Under the pieces are notes generated by a model that was not told the origin of the DNA, made no database searches, and saw only the letters and a program-made list of their open reading frames with translations. Positions 25,101 to 38,726 of a DNA stretch of 64,000 nt are shown here, piece after piece; within the stretch, counting starts at the first letter, position 1, and each line of letters starts with the position of its first letter. The stretch lies in contig NMRA01000603.1 in NCBI GenBank assembly GCA_002633005.1, forward strand, positions 128,017 to 192,016, written 5' to 3'. Source of the stretch: Phoronis australis. Lineage: Eukaryota; Animalia; Phoronida. The position numbers and the translations under genes are program-made.

Positions 25101-27599
25101 CTTGTTAACAGTACAAACCTTACGTTCACAAACGGCGTTGAAAATAGACGTAAGAGAAACACGAACTAAAACTTTGGAGACTCGGCGAAGGCTCTGCTGC
25201 GTGAGTTGTACTGGAACGTTATGCTTTACAGGCCACTATTTGTTATTTTTGTGAGAAATCACGGGATTCTGAGGGCGTACGTTGTTTACGAACGGCCTTT
25301 AGTTGCATTCGTGCTAATATATACATGATGTAGTTATGCCAGCATGATGATTGAAATAAAACATGAATAATTCTTGATGCGATTACAGCCTCACATACGG
25401 GTGATCATAAAAAATGAATACCTTGCAAGCACTGATCTACCACATCAGTCAACAAGAGTGTGTATTACTGTCTATTCGGTCAGCCATTAGCTGGCAAAAC
25501 CTGCTAAACATTGTGTCGCTCGCACATTATCCAAGGTTAGTCGAGTAACTACCCATAGGGCTCCCATGGGAACCTAGAAATTCTTGGTAGTTTTTATTGT
25601 TTCATGTTGAAGCCACCCTGAAGCATTTTGTCTGGGTTGTAATCTTGACTCACTGAGCATTTTTCAATTACATGTATATGAATAAGGCTGCCATAATGCA
25701 AAATTCTTTTTTGCTTATACCAAGTTCCTCATTAAGCAGCGTAAGTACATGATTAGTTTGATGTTTTACATATGTTCCCAAGGCCACTGAACTTTACAAA
25801 ACTCGTTTGCAGGTGAACAAAATGTGGATTTGCATAATTTACTCAAATTAAGGTCGCCGTTATTTTTTTGGCTTTATAGTTGACCGCCCATGTTTTTATG
25901 GTCAATAACCTTAGTACAATCAGTTTGCAGGCTTTGGCTTAATTTATGCAAATAATGGCCGCCATGGTTTCAATTTTTTCTGTTTGTAACTTCCTTATGG
26001 GGCATTTTGACAAATAAATCTAATGAAATCGGCGTGTCAATACATCATCAATTTTGATAATTTATGCACACCAAGGTTGACATTATTTAGTTCGGACCAG
26101 CAGACACCAACCCGTGGTACAAGTATAACTATCCTGTGGTGTCTGGTACCAGCAACACAAGTAAATACTTAAGTAGGTCAAATGTTAACACAAAATGGGT
26201 AATGAATTTGGAACCTTTTCTGTAAATTGATGTTTGATTGCGGGTGCAAGGGTGATGGGACTGGTGTTAGTTTTTGTTTCATGTTTTTGCAACCACGATA
26301 TATTGTATTATAAAATGTTAAATTCGCTATGCATTTTCAACCACCTTGATTTGCAAAATGTATGCAAATTCTCGATGCATCCAGTAGCCCCATTGACCTT
26401 AAAAACATGGATGAAAACATTAAAATAGTCTACCAGCAGGGCTTGATAATGAGCAATTTTTGAATAAACAAAGACAAAATTATTCACACTGGTGGTCTAA
26501 ATTTGGATATTTAAAACATGTTAACAGGTTTTATGATTACAAAGGTACTACCTAGGCATGAAACAAACAATGCTATAAGTCATTGTTAGGTACTTGTACA
26601 TGTAAACACTCTTGGCTAAATGGCTTGGGTCAGCCAAATGCAGTCGATGCGATGAAACGTACATATCGTGAGTCCGCCTACATGTAAATATCGTTCGACA
26701 AAGAGCAGTTTTAAATGTAAATTGCAAATTTTGCGAGTAGAAATAGCAGCAAAATGAAGCCAAAATTTCAAAACTGTATTAATGGTCATTTGTCGTGCTT
26801 TTGATGTTGGTGTCCGTTTGACGTGGATGCAGTACTGAAGATGAAGCACACCCGGCAGTGACCGCCCTAATTTACCTGAGCACAACTTTTGTTAATATCC
26901 CACGCGAACCAAAACAAACATTATTAACTAGAGCGCGCATGTATCCGCCCACTCGGGCCAAACTGTTTTTGAAGGATGTTGCCCTAAAAAATTGAACAAA
27001 TATTACTTTTTAATTGAACACTATCGCTCATTAAAGCTTAACCAAGTACCGCTCGGATGTAATTAAAGATCACTTTGAGAGAGTTAATTATGCCCCCGTT
27101 ACCACATCAGACTTTAAGAGAAGCCATACTTACAAAGCTACAGTCAATTGTCTCAAGGAAAATGAAAGGTCAACCACAAAAGTTAGTGTAGTTATAAGCA
27201 CATTGTTGTCAACCAACTGTCAAATTTTGTCGGCTACTGCTACTGAAAGTCAAAGGAACAGGTAATCCGGCACTGAGGTTCTGCACAGTAGGAAAAAAGA
27301 CTGTCTACCGGTAAATACAAGCCATAGTGCTTCACGCGGACAAGCTACTATTCTGGAGTCATTCACGAAGGATTACCATCGGATGAATTGACGGCGGCCG
27401 ATCCCAGGGGTGCGGGATTACGTGGGACTCTCAAGGAAGCCGGCGCAGGAGTGTCAAAGCGTTCAGTCAGTAGTGGGACTTCTTTGAACGCACAAGTGCG
27501 GTGCCAAGTGTCAGTTCAATTTGTGAAGCGCTGTTAACGAGATTGATAGATATATTGGTGGAATAGCAAAATTGTCCACGGTCATCAGGACTTTTCACC

Positions 27600-27672
27600 A
27601 TGGCTACGATTTCGTTTTTGGCAATTTTGTTGCTCATTCAAATGGAACCGTCAACAGCAAGCGTACTACAAG
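27600..27672 (+). CDS. BMPER: BMPER exon 1 (signal peptide)
   Basis: accATGG context; [24 protein letters not shown](G); donor GTGAG; phase 1 fits exon 2. Confidence 0.85.
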
Positions 27673-30600
27673 GTGAGAACTGGTCACAGATGTTAATGGG
27701 GGGTTACCGGCAAGAAAGTTACTTTTTCTGAGTTCAGTCTGAGGGCGGATTCAAATTAACCTGCAACTACCTCTGTCGCAGTCTAACGCACTGCTAGAGG
27801 AGCTAAATCCACTCAGTAAATGACAGGGAATGTTAATTAATAATTTGGGTCAACTTTTAAAGCGAATGTCTGGCAGACAACGGTAAGAATTATTAGTGTG
27901 TAAAAACAATAAAAACATAGTCTTTAATCAAAATGAAAGCTAATAACTTCAAGAAGTCTACCCCATCCAGCAGCAATTCCAAAATCGTAGACTTTTCGGC
28001 TGTAAAAACGACAAAGTACCCTTAAATCCATATGTATGTGTAATTGGTTCTTATTTTTGAATCGTTGGTAAGCTGTCGTCTACAATACTGTACACTGTAA
28101 ACCGCATTTGAAACAATGCGTAGTTTTAGTTTTTCCCTTAGTGACAGGTTTCATTTTCCCGTATTGTACACGACAGATAACTTGTTCCGAGGGCAAATTG
28201 ATCTGGTGTAGATTCATGTACACGTACAGAACCCGAAGTCAACGTCACATGATGTCAGCCCCCAGCGGATAGTTTGCAGTGGCTGAATGCAAGCAGTTTA
28301 TCGCATGAAGTGGAAACACTTTACATGTACATGTATATGCCACGCCTGAGCTATTCACAGGTTCTAAAAACACCAGTCCCGGCCCAGCAGTCACAAACTC
28401 GCGGTACGAATCCCCAGGCCTACACCCCGCTAATAATCCCCAAGGGGCACCGAAAATGCTCCGTACTTCAGTCCCGGGAAGGATGAAAACTGTAATCTCC
28501 AGCTGCCAGCCAAGGAATAGGGTCTTCAAGATTAGACCGGAGTAGATGTCACCGAGAGAACGTGGACCATTTTCCGTGAGTGTAGAGTTTGTTAGAGGTG
28601 CAGGACTGGAGGCCAGCGAGTTGGTGTCTGCTGGTGTGAGGCTGAGTGGGATGATCCGATAGCTGGGAACAGTTTAGTTTCACCCCTTGTCATTTTGCCA
28701 GTCGAACCAAAGGCGATGACGTGGGGGACTAAAGACGTACCATTTCACCGTTTATTGTGTATCATAACTACCAAGTAGTTACTGAATGTTTTGCATCATA
28801 TTCCTAGGTTATGCTGTAACTTGCAAAACCTCAAACGAAGGACAGGAAGTGGCTGTTCCTTTGTTGTCTTGGACACCGTGTATCACGTGCTTCTGCAGAG
28901 TAAGTTTTATTTCCGTAACACAATGCAGCAACGCTTTAACTTTTTTCCTCAAGCATTCCATGCATTTGCAAAACTAAACTTACACTTAAATTTTTGATCT
29001 AAGAAGTCTTAAATTTCGGTCAAGGTTAGCCGACTGTCAATAAATGAAAACTCGTCAAACTTAGTTGCCAAGGACTCGGAAAAAATGAAATGCCTTGATG
29101 AAACGCACACTTATTTTAACATGAACCATGCAGTAGCGGTTGGTAAATTACATGGTTCTCGGTAAACTGTGATCAGTTAAAGCGAAGAAGGAACGTAAGA
29201 CGAAATTTGAAAGCGAAGTTATAAAACACCGAGAAGGACGGCAATCAGAAGAGTTAGACGCCTAGGTACCGCTCGTCCACTGTATCTTTCACTCTCCTTA
29301 ATTTTGCATTTGTACCCGAAAGTGAAAAGACGGTCGTTAGAATTGTTTGCCAGTGCCATTTAGAAAGGCAGAAGATCTTGGTTATTCACTCAAAGCGCCT
29401 TTGTTAATGGCAGATTTGTCGAATTTTCGATTTCTTCTTTCCTAGCCGTCACTTTAAACAGTGAGTATTTGTGTAAAATTTCACCTTACGTTCTAGTTTT
29501 TGTAGAGTGCTGTTCCTTAGTTCACAAAATGGCACAATAGACATTGAAATTTCTTATTTTAACTTTAGAGGGGCGAAATTAGCTGCGAAAGAGACCAATG
29601 CCGAGCAACAAAGGGCTGTCACGTGATCTTGTCTCAACGCCCCAAAGGAACTTGTTGTCGCGTCTGCAAAGGTGAAAAGTGTTTTATTTAAAGTTTTCAA
29701 GTTACTCTTTCAGGTCCTTTCAGTCAATATTTTCATAAAATAAATTTGACAACAAATCAATCAAATTTAATATGTTTCTAATTTTGTAATTAAATATTTT
29801 TCAAAATAACCAGAATTAAACATGGAATTTTCAAAAATGAGTTTAGATTTTATGGTAGTGATCCAACAAAGCGACTACCCATGATGAATTGCTTTTAAAA
29901 AGAAAATTGTGCTACTGATTCGCTAACAATGTACAAAACGGTGTGCATCCGTGATCTCGGTAATTCAATTAAGCACGCGACTATCTGTGCAGGCGTCATT
30001 TCATGAAAGTTTCGATTTATTCATCAACTACAAATCCAGTCTGTTCCTGTCCGTACTGCAATCGCCATTTTCCGAATAACTATATAAGACCGATCATGCA
30101 CTTTATCATTCGCATCATGTCAAAGGTGTGGCGATGAATAATAACAACGAGGTCAACTTCCGATGCAAGAAATATTCTGTTGTAAATAAGCCAAATTGTG
30201 AGTAGGCCAGACTAGCGGAAGTGGGCTTACCTCAACAGCGTTCTGTGACTTCTGTTTCTACGACCGCCTTTGCGTGGCTTCAGACTCACAGCTTAGATAA
30301 AATCAGAAACATTTGAATTGCAGCAGACGTGTCTTCTTTCTAATATATATAAATTTTAACAGTATTTGACTACGCCACTGCCAACATCGTACACTGTATA
30401 TTTCAGGCTGAGGATGTTTACGTTCTAGGGCAGAGGCGGGTTCAGGATTTTGAGTTAGGGGGCTATCAAGGCGCAGGAATAACCAGAATTTCGCCTTATG
30501 CGCGCGCCCACCATAAAATGTAGGGATGCAGGGGGTCGCGAATGTTTGGATTTGTGGACCTTATTACAAAAACGGGGTTTGTTCAAGCCCTATGGATTGC

Positions 30601-33600
30601 GTATTCGCCACCCGAGCCCCCTGCATATGCTAGTCAACAAATCGCACCCCGAACTGCCAAATGGAATCTGGGAGAATTTTAGGGGGGCCTTGCCCCCTCG
30701 CTAATTCCGCCACTGTAGGGGTACTCCCACGTGCCGCTTAAATGAATGACTTTTTACTACCAGCTTCTTTACGAAAGGGTGCCTTTCCGTCAAAAATCCG
30801 AGCCAAGGAGTGTGTTTTCCGATTACATTTTCCTACAAAATATTCACTGACTTTGGAGCTCAATAACCTACGGAAAACTCCTTTTCCTATTTCCTAAACG
30901 TTTTAACGACACGGCGTCTGTTTTTGAGAGTGTGAGTGAAGATATGAAATAAATGTACTTCACGTTTGTGAATTTTATTGACGTATCGAAGGACAATAAC
31001 TTAATTACGTATGTTTTAATATTTTGCGTTTATACAGGCTGCACTCATAACGGCGTGTCTTACGCGTCAGGCACCACGTGGTCTCATCCACGCAACCCGT
31101 GTCAGACTTTCAAGTGTAAAGCTGGTGTCATCACATCGTCAGAAGTGCAGTGCTATCTCCCCTGTGAAAACCCGGTTCACGTGCCAGAACAGTGCTGTCC
31201 CGTCTGCAATAGTAAGTTTATCCTTAAACCCGTGATCACGTAGTTAGTTGACTATGTGTGGTGATATCTTGTGTGTGCAAATAAAAAATTATGACTTTGA
31301 CAACAACTTTTGGGCCAAACTTTTTGGCATTCAACTGCACCAGTGACAACTTTTTCGGATATTAAAATATTTTTTCCTGTGAAAACACTGTGTTCCAGTA
31401 TGCGCTACGTTGATGCAATGCATTATTTTGAACAGGCAGTGTAAAATCCTCACTAAGGTAACCGAAGCAATCAATTGTATCCCATAATTTATGAATTCAA
31501 TCCCGTAACTCAACACTCCAACTTCAGCGACCAATCATTTCAGTGGCCGCCATTTGCTATGATACTGGCGCCAATAAGCTCCCAAGCATACTTGTGAAAA
31601 GCTTGCTTGATTCTGCGTGGTTCTTGCGTGATATAGCTTTTCCCACAAGAAATCTCAGGTCTGGGTTCAAACTGGTGTGTTCGTTTTCCCCCTCGTATTG
31701 TAATCCTCCTTTGCGTTGTTTCGGGGATAAACATTGTTATCATCATAATTACTACTAAGCAGCCGAAAGCTAAAAAGAGACCACCGTCTCTACTGGCCCC
31801 AGTAGAGACGGTGAAGCTCCTATAGGAAGCTTTTCGGCGAATTATGCCGCACACTGACTGAAACATCAAAGTCATGTTGTTATAAATATCTTTTGCGCCT
31901 TCCTCGAGCAGTCCTTCGTTCAGTTGCCCAAATCGGCAAAACAGTGGCCATTTTTACACTGCACGCGCTCCTATTTTTGCCACGCCGGCCAGGAGGGTGA
32001 AGTGTTAAAAATTTCCAGTTGCCGATTTGAGCAACTGAACGGAGGACTGTTCGAAGAAAAAAAATGATTACGGGACAATTTTTTCGAGTTTGAAGGAATT
32101 AAAGACATCGACGGCCTCCTATGGTGTCCTTCTAAAGGTACTTATAACAACGTGACTTTGATGTTTTAATCAAAGTGAGGCATAATTCACCGAAAAACTT
32201 CCGGCGTATGAAGCTCTACAGTAGGAGCTTCACTGTCTCTACTGGAACCAGCTAGAGACGGTGGTCACTATCTACTAAAAACATGGTTAACATCAATTCT
32301 GGGTGGAGTTCAATAGCTGCCTTGTTGAGAGAAAAAATAGCCAACCACATGCTGTCGCGAGATCTTACTTTTCTAGCGAGGTACTATTGTTATTGAACTT
32401 GACCCTGTTTCAGCTTTTTAACAGATATGTGTCCATATCAATTGCATCTTCGAAACAAAACATCGCCCTGTTGTTTTCCCCAACCCTCAAAAGTCACGAA
32501 TGTCTTTGAAAACTGCTGACAAATTGCAATAATTCGGTAAGCGGACTAAGGCTTGGATTGTTCATTTCAGAATGTTCTATGGAAGGTAAAGTCTACAAGA
32601 ATGGTCAGGTGTTTTCGCCTAAGTCCGACAAGTGCGTTTCCTGTCAGTGTGCGGACGGCAGAGTCCAGTGCTCCAAAGCGGCATGTCCGGTTCTCAACTG
32701 TCCCGAGAAAGCAATCTTCACACCAAAAGGCAAATGCTGCCCAATCTGTCAAGGTCAGTAATAGAGAAGACAGATGGGGAAAGAGATTGGGGGAAGGGCA
32801 AACGGTGAGAGAAATATCACCTGAGCAGGTCGACTATAATGCTGTTGAGTTCTGGTGCAAAAACTAATAGTACTCTTTCTGACATGTTTAGTACAGGGCC
32901 CTGTTTCACTAAAATGTACTAAGTTTACATTTTATACATAGTCTGAACGGTAAGTTTTGGACTAAATCTCCGGTTAAAAGACATTTTGTGAAAACGTCGT
33001 AAAGTTGTTGCATTTAACTGAACGGTTATATGGTATTGTGAGCATGATAACACTAAATCCTGAATGTATTCGATTTCTTTAGTAATTCTGTTGGTGCTAA
33101 TGGAAAAGTTCTGTTATCATTTTGCTTTCGTTAGAAATGTTGCGTGCTTCATAATTGGAATTTTGGCGATCTAATCATAGACTTGTCAACAATTTAATGT
33201 TATAATATTCATGAACGGTCGTCTTTGGATTTTCTGTAATTTGACTTGTTTCGTACTGCGGTGGTATTTAAGGTGAAAAAACGTAGTTTTGGGAAATTTT
33301 AGGAATGAAACAAGTTGTCGGCCTTCGAAACCGTTGTTTATTTCGGGGCAAAGTGTACGCGTCCAGCCAATCTCTAACCATCGACAAATGTACGCGCTGT
33401 GGCTGTGATCAAGATACCATGACGTGCCATCGTCAGACGTGTCCCGCGGTAGTTTGTCCCCATAATGACGTCATTTACGACCCCGCCATCTGCTGTCCAA
33501 AGTGTAACGATTCCAGCATTCGGTCATGTACGGCGGACGGTGTTGACCGTAAGGTAAGTGGAATACTGTAATCTCGTTATTAATTGAGATTGCAAAGAAA

Positions 33601-36600
33601 CGAGTGCGTACATTAGACGATTATTCAGGCGAGGGCACTGAATCGGATGTGCTTGATCTACATGCCGTAGATTTTTGCATAAATTATTCTCGAATTCGCG
33701 CCTGTACGTTACCAGTAAACACGATCCATCCGAAGGATTTGGAGGTAAAATTGTACCCTAGCCTAAGGTGAGTCCTACTTAGCCATATATATACACATAC
33801 ATACATGTTGTACGTTGGCAGCAACCCTTCTTTCAAACACGACTTAACATACGTACTGTTTGACTTTCATGTTTCTACTAATTCTAGGTTAATCGCCACT
33901 TTCCATATTGTCTCATTTTCTGTCTGTCGTCAGGGTCAGATGTAGCAACAGTTGTCCCAACGGCATTAGGACAACGAAATAAACAACGCACGTGATGCTA
34001 AAACAACGATGTATCACAATCATACCGTCTTTTAAAGTAAATAATAGAAAGAAATGAAACTCTCCCGTTAGGTGTCAGTGCAGCAGGAATCTTAAAGGTC
34101 AGACGTCAGAGATATACAGTGCAGCCAGCAGAGAAAACCAACGATCGTAAATAAAATTCTGCTGAAGCCAACGTCTTGACAGTTGAGAGTCGGAGGCTCA
34201 ACTTTATTAATAACTGCAACAAGAATTTAAGATCTAAATACATCCTGTACAAGATAGCGGATGCATGTTTTATCCATCATTTCGGCACAGGTTATTTTAT
34301 TCCTGTGGACAATTTGAAAATGATTTTAATGGACCTGTTTTTTAAATAAATCTAGTTTTTCAAATGTGATTAAATAGACTCCAAGGATTTTAGTCTTTGT
34401 ACATCGTGTTAAATATACAAAATAGATGCGTTTTCTACAATTTCTTGACTGACGACTTTAAATCCATGTTTTGCAGAACTGCTCGCGGATGGCGTCATTC
34501 TGTAGCCGTCCAAAATTGTTCAGAACATGACCCCTTCCGAAAAAACTTTTTCACTTACGCCTAAGATTTGTCTCCGTTTCTAAACTTTGAAACTTCCACA
34601 TCCGACAAGTTAGTCAAAATTAAGCAAATCTTAAGTAAAAAACTTTGATTTTCGCAACGGACATGAGACAACTAAGTTTTATCTTAAAATTGACTGAGAT
34701 TTAATATTTGTCTTAGGTAATTAAGCTTTCTTGGAACGGGCTCCATATTTTTCGGCACATTGAGCACGACGTGTAGCGATTAAAAACCTGGGAAACCCTT
34801 TTAATTGCATTTGAAAAGACAGGTCTGTATGAGCAGCAAACAGGGTCTCGCCGCATGCCGAAATACTGGGGATCGATCTTATGAATATATAGACACTCTA
34901 CTATGTTTATATGTTTCTATGTGATCATGATGTCATTGGAACAATGTCTACAAGCACGTCAAAAATTAAAAGACTTCACATGAAACATTACTCTTCCAAA
35001 GGTTGACTTTGAAGCTAGATAAATTCAATACACCTCGTGTATTCAACGAAATAATGTATATTCATTTACATCCGAATTACCAACACTTTCAGCACGGTTC
35101 CTACTGGAAGAAGAACGTGTGTGACACGTGCTCGTGTTACGATGGGAAGGTCACGTGCGAGTCTCAACAGTGCCCCAACACTGTCCAGTGTCCCAAGGTG
35201 AGTGTTTCCTGTGACAAGCTTAAGGAAAGCAAAGAAGCATGGAACGCCAAAAAATTGAAGGTCGTGGCGAATCTAATTCCTTGGTGATGCTAGCGTGAGA
35301 ACCGTTCCCTAAAATTAATGCAAGATTTTCTGAAAACATTGTCCGATTCACTATTTTTGAAACACATACGAAATATAAACCCTTTCATACTGTTACTGTT
35401 TTGAAATTCTGCGTCCCTAATCAGGCGCGCACCCAGCCTTCAGTATGGGGGGATCCAATTCCTAACGTTGTGGACAAAATAGCCGGCGCGGACTAAAAAA
35501 AAGAAAAAAAAAACGCGTACCTCTGTGGGCGTTTTGTGCTTGTTTAGTGGACTTTTGTCTCATTTTCTCGGACTTTTTGTTTCTTGCAGGCGGACCTTTT
35601 TGCCCACTTCGCCAAATGGGGGGCTCCTTCGAGCCTCCTGAGGCCCCCCGGGTACGCGCATGCTAATGATGTATGCATATTCGTTGCATGTGCTCAAAGA
35701 AGCCATACTGGCTGCTGCTTGAAATTTCCATCGCTTTTATTCACATCCAATGTCAAAGTTCACAGTTTCCATATAAGATATATGTACCACGCCTAGGTCT
35801 TGCCATGCTAAACAGACGTGCTTTGCCGTGTGGTAAAATCGACGAAGTGACGAACAAATTTGAATCTTAAGGAAAAGTTGTCTGACGTCAACAGACATTC
35901 AAAATCTTTACGAACAAACCGTAAATTACTTCATGAACAATTCGACTTCTATTTCAGTGACAGAAAACCTCTAATGCAGCTTACAATGTTGTTCAATTCT
36001 ATGCCACTTTAAACCACGCTTTGAAAATTATACTCAAAAATGCTTCCATCACCTGCTATCAGTATTTTCCCAGAGAGATGAACGCAATGACGTTCAACTA
36101 AAAGTTCTCATTGTCTTTAAAATAAATTCCGTGATTCCAGAAACGCTGTTTTTCCCCACAGTTGTTCATTGATGATTCAGTGGCCAGAAATGGGTATCTA
36201 GAAATGTTTGGGAGTAAGTATATTTCCATTAAGCATTTTAGTTGGGTTGAGATTATGACCATGAGAATTTTTTTAGACACGCGAATTCTATTTTTGCTTG
36301 TGACTTTCTTACTAAGCACTGCAGGTGACGTTTCCACTCACGTTTCTATGGTCGGTGACCTTAATACTGCAACTTTGGGGGTAAATGTATCGAACATTTG
36401 CGTAGATTATGCAAATTAAGGCAACCACGATTGAAAACTCTACTTGTTTTTTGCTTCTGGCACCACAGCCTAGTGAAATTGAAACTTGCATCCATGTTTC
36501 TTGTCTCTAAACGAAACCAGTTTGCAAGCTGTTACACCATAAATTTACATACGTGTAAATCGTGCAATTAATGGCCACCACTATTTAAAATAATGTTGGT

Positions 36601-37899
36601 TCAGCTCACGATAGCCTCCTCTCGGGCACTATATGTATATTTTTGACATTCGTACACATGTTTTTGTGATCAGTGAATTTAGTCAGATCAACATGGAGGT
36701 CATTGCACAATAAATTTGTAGACTTTGTGTTAATTGAGAGTAGTTTCTCTCATCACCTTAGTTACATGACTCTGGATGGTTTGATGAAGTTCAAGAGATT
36801 TTTGAGAGATTGCATCATCTGAAACAAGGTCTGAAATTATTTTCAGAAGTATACATCTACATGTACACGTCGTGGTCCGTGAGAAAGTTACAAGCGGAAA
36901 AAGGATTTTATATAATGGCAGACATTACTTGCACAAATTTCGCCAACTTTTCAACCAGGAGTCTGCACACTGACTTTATAAAATTAATTGAGCACAGAAA
37001 TACTAATGTCGTTTAACTGTGGAGCTTGGTTCCTCGGGTAAAATCACAAGGTTTTTAAATAATGGTGACCTTAATTTGCATAAACTATGCAAATTCACGA
37101 GTCACTCATCTGCAAATTACCTTCATAAAATTCACTGACACTAGAAACAAACGTAAAACATCAAAACAATCTACTTGTGGTGCTTACTTGACAATTAGCT
37201 TTCCGGAAATATTAGTAACGCTTGTCAATCTCCATGCATTAGAGAATCGCCTCAAAGCGACTATTGCTGATAAACAACTTGCTCCATTAACGTTTCTAGC
37301 AAGTTTCGTTTCAAAAATAACAGACAGGGGTTTCCAAGTATTTTTAAGCTGATCGGATGTAAGAGCAAAATCGGACGTTTGTTATTTCAAACAAGTCGTA
37401 CACAATCTTTTAGCACGGAAACTCGTGTCAGAACTACGCTTTCTGAGTAATAGTATACATATAAGACTCTGTATTACTGAAAGACGTATGCGATAAATCG
37501 GAGTGTAGACAATCTGGAGGCTTAACTAAAAAAACGAGACGCACTTTGACAAGCATCATACCTGTATACATGTATGTACTCATGGGTCTACCACTTTTGC
37601 TTTGGTCACGCTCAATTCTTCTAGATAACGGGCGACCCGTCAATCCGGATGCCTCGAATGATTGGTGTTTTATGAGGTCAGCATAGTACAACAGTTTGGT
37701 GATTTTTGATGCCGACACATGGTCGGCTGTCCCTATAACAGTCCCACTTTTGATCGACACATCCATTCTTCTGCTGCAAACCCGTCGTCGTGCTGTCAGA
37801 AGCTTTACCTGAGCAGAGCCGAGTTACATATTTGCGTGTGCCTAATACGATTAGGTGATGAGCAGTTCACCACACACACGCACACACACACGCGCACAC

Positions 37900-37937
<38 letters not shown>

Positions 37938-38680
37938 ATACACCGCAAGTGCGCCATCCTTATTTCTGTATTAATTGTTTCCTGGTCATTTCAAAAAGAA
38001 TATCCGAGTGTGTTCAATTTCCGTGAGGGATTTTCTTGCGCTTTTTGCGGGATGTGCAAAGGTCAGTTTCTGTACGATTAGTCAACTGTAATCGTTAATA
38101 TTTTTCTTTGTCCTTTGCTTCTCAAGAACCACCGACTGACGACGTTGCAAAAGTCATGCTGTCCACAGTGCGTAGAGAATGACGCGGTATGCAACGTGTT
38201 TGGCGACCCCCATTACAAGACGTTCGACGGGTTGCTTTTTACTTTTCAAGGTACTTTTATCGTGCATGTTTTCGTTATTGGAACTGAATCACACAACGGA
38301 GTGTACTGTTGACTTCAACGATTTTTGTGAGTTTTTTGCCAGTCATCTATTCATAGTCACCATAACATCTGATATCGCAGAGGCCGGTGGCGGAGATGAT
38401 AAATACACTCCTTTCGCTTCATTGAGAAAATTGTATTTTCCCTAAAATATAGAATTTAGTGTACAGTAGCACATTCTAAGTTCAATTTTGAATTTCCGGT
38501 TTTGCACCAAAATAACTTCATCTATTTATAGAGTTTGAAAATTGACGTAAGAGAATTGTTGCTTGCAAGGTTGTGGCAAAAACTCTTCTGATTTTTAGTG
38601 CTACAACTGTATCTTTCGACTCCTGAAACTGTATATATATATATGTATATGTATATACATATACATATACATATACATAC

Positions 38681-38726
<46 letters not shown>

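Noticed and set aside
27000-27599. BMP-responsive GRCGNC(N5)GTCT element or TATA box in the BMPER promoter
   Set aside because: No convincing match found by eye; transcription start unknown
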